Positions 59,122 through 59,150 of a DNA stretch of 59,150 nucleotides are shown in pieces. Made by a program: the position numbers and the translations under genes. This DNA comes from an uncultured Candidatus Saccharibacteria bacterium. GTDB lineage: Bacteria > Patescibacteriota > Minisyncoccia > Phycocordibacterales > UBA9973. Each line of letters opens with the position of its first letter. Position 1 is the first letter of the stretch. The notes beneath the pieces are model-generated. The model saw only the letters and a list, made by a program, of their open reading frames with translations, did not search any database and had not been told where the DNA came from. Where the stretch lies: positions 1 to 59,150 of the forward strand of contig CAZLXA010000003.1 of NCBI GenBank assembly GCA_964563715.1, written 5' to 3'.

Positions 59122-59150
59122 CCCGTTAGAAGTAGATAATCTTTAGATTA
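59120..59150 (-). repeat. partial third copy of the E leader element (3' arm plus hairpin), cut by the window edge
   Basis: The minus strand reads AAUCUAAAGAUUAUCUACUUCUAACGGGAUG. This is 29 of 31 identical to the E1 segment AAUCUAAAGAUUCCCUACUUCUAACGGGAUG. The ATG is the CPBP start codon. Confidence 0.75.

Noticed and set aside
1-59150. I looked for CRISPR arrays, rRNA genes, tmRNA/RNase P/SRP signatures, transposase, integrase and reverse-transcriptase genes, and a canonical parS.
   Set aside because: None was recognised by eye. The regularly spaced repeats that do exist are the protein-coding GNVGIGTT repeats and the heptamer arrays, not CRISPR-like repeat-spacer units. A covariance-model scan would be needed to exclude divergent RNA genes.

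Overview
Gene-dense, visibly AT-rich bacterial chromosome segment. Coding is on both strands and is almost entirely housekeeping. I infer a reduced Patescibacteria/CPR-like (Parcubacteria-type) genome from the minimal domain architectures (502-aa IF-2, Rel ending after TGS), a membrane-anchored giant fibre protein and a free-standing LAGLIDADG gene.

Genes I can support:
- Aminoacyl-tRNA synthetases: serS (runs off the left edge and is missing from the ORF track), metG, glyQS, ileS, argS.
- DNA and chromosome functions: dprA, topA, parB, recO, ssb.
- Translation: infB, rbfA, rpsF-ssb-rpsR, and a pseudouridine synthase.
- Stress, RNA turnover and secretion: rel, clpB, RNase J, secG.
- Three tRNAs: Tyr-GTA, Cys-GCA, Leu-TAG.
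- A RelE/RHH toxin-antitoxin pair.
- A compact thymidylate/deoxypyrimidine cluster: dut, tmk, Nudix, glyA, thyA, folA, a P-loop kinase and dCMP deaminase.

I saw no rRNA, CRISPR array, transposase, integrase or reverse transcriptase.

The most interesting signals are not in the ORF track:
1. Short GC-rich palindromic elements sit in-frame inside unrelated essential genes. A 27-nt perfect palindrome is identical in tatD and argS, and its 19-nt core is in dprA, so all three proteins carry LEVGLP. Other palindromes are in the cysteine desulfurase, tatD and metG. This resembles Rickettsia palindromic elements.
2. A ~120-nt inverted-repeat leader element occurs in 2.5 copies. Its 3' arm ends exactly on the ATG of three genes (pseudouridine synthase, glyA, CPBP protease). 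A G-U wobble and hairpin covariation argue for an RNA structure.
3. An ~80-nt hairpin element brackets infB.
4. IleRS carries an apparently intact histidine-phosphatase (PGAM-like) domain inserted into its catalytic core. It lies behind a T-box leader followed by a second unexplained structured segment.
5. A 2564-aa membrane-anchored fibre protein has a collagen-like stretch, about 20 GNVGIGTT repeats and a phage-tail-fibre-type auto-cleaving chaperone domain.
6. Several promoter/terminator-delimited or GC-rich candidate structured RNAs of unknown class.
7. Tandem heptamer arrays recur in spacers and inside coding regions.

All functional calls come from motifs I recognised in the translations. 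No database search was run.
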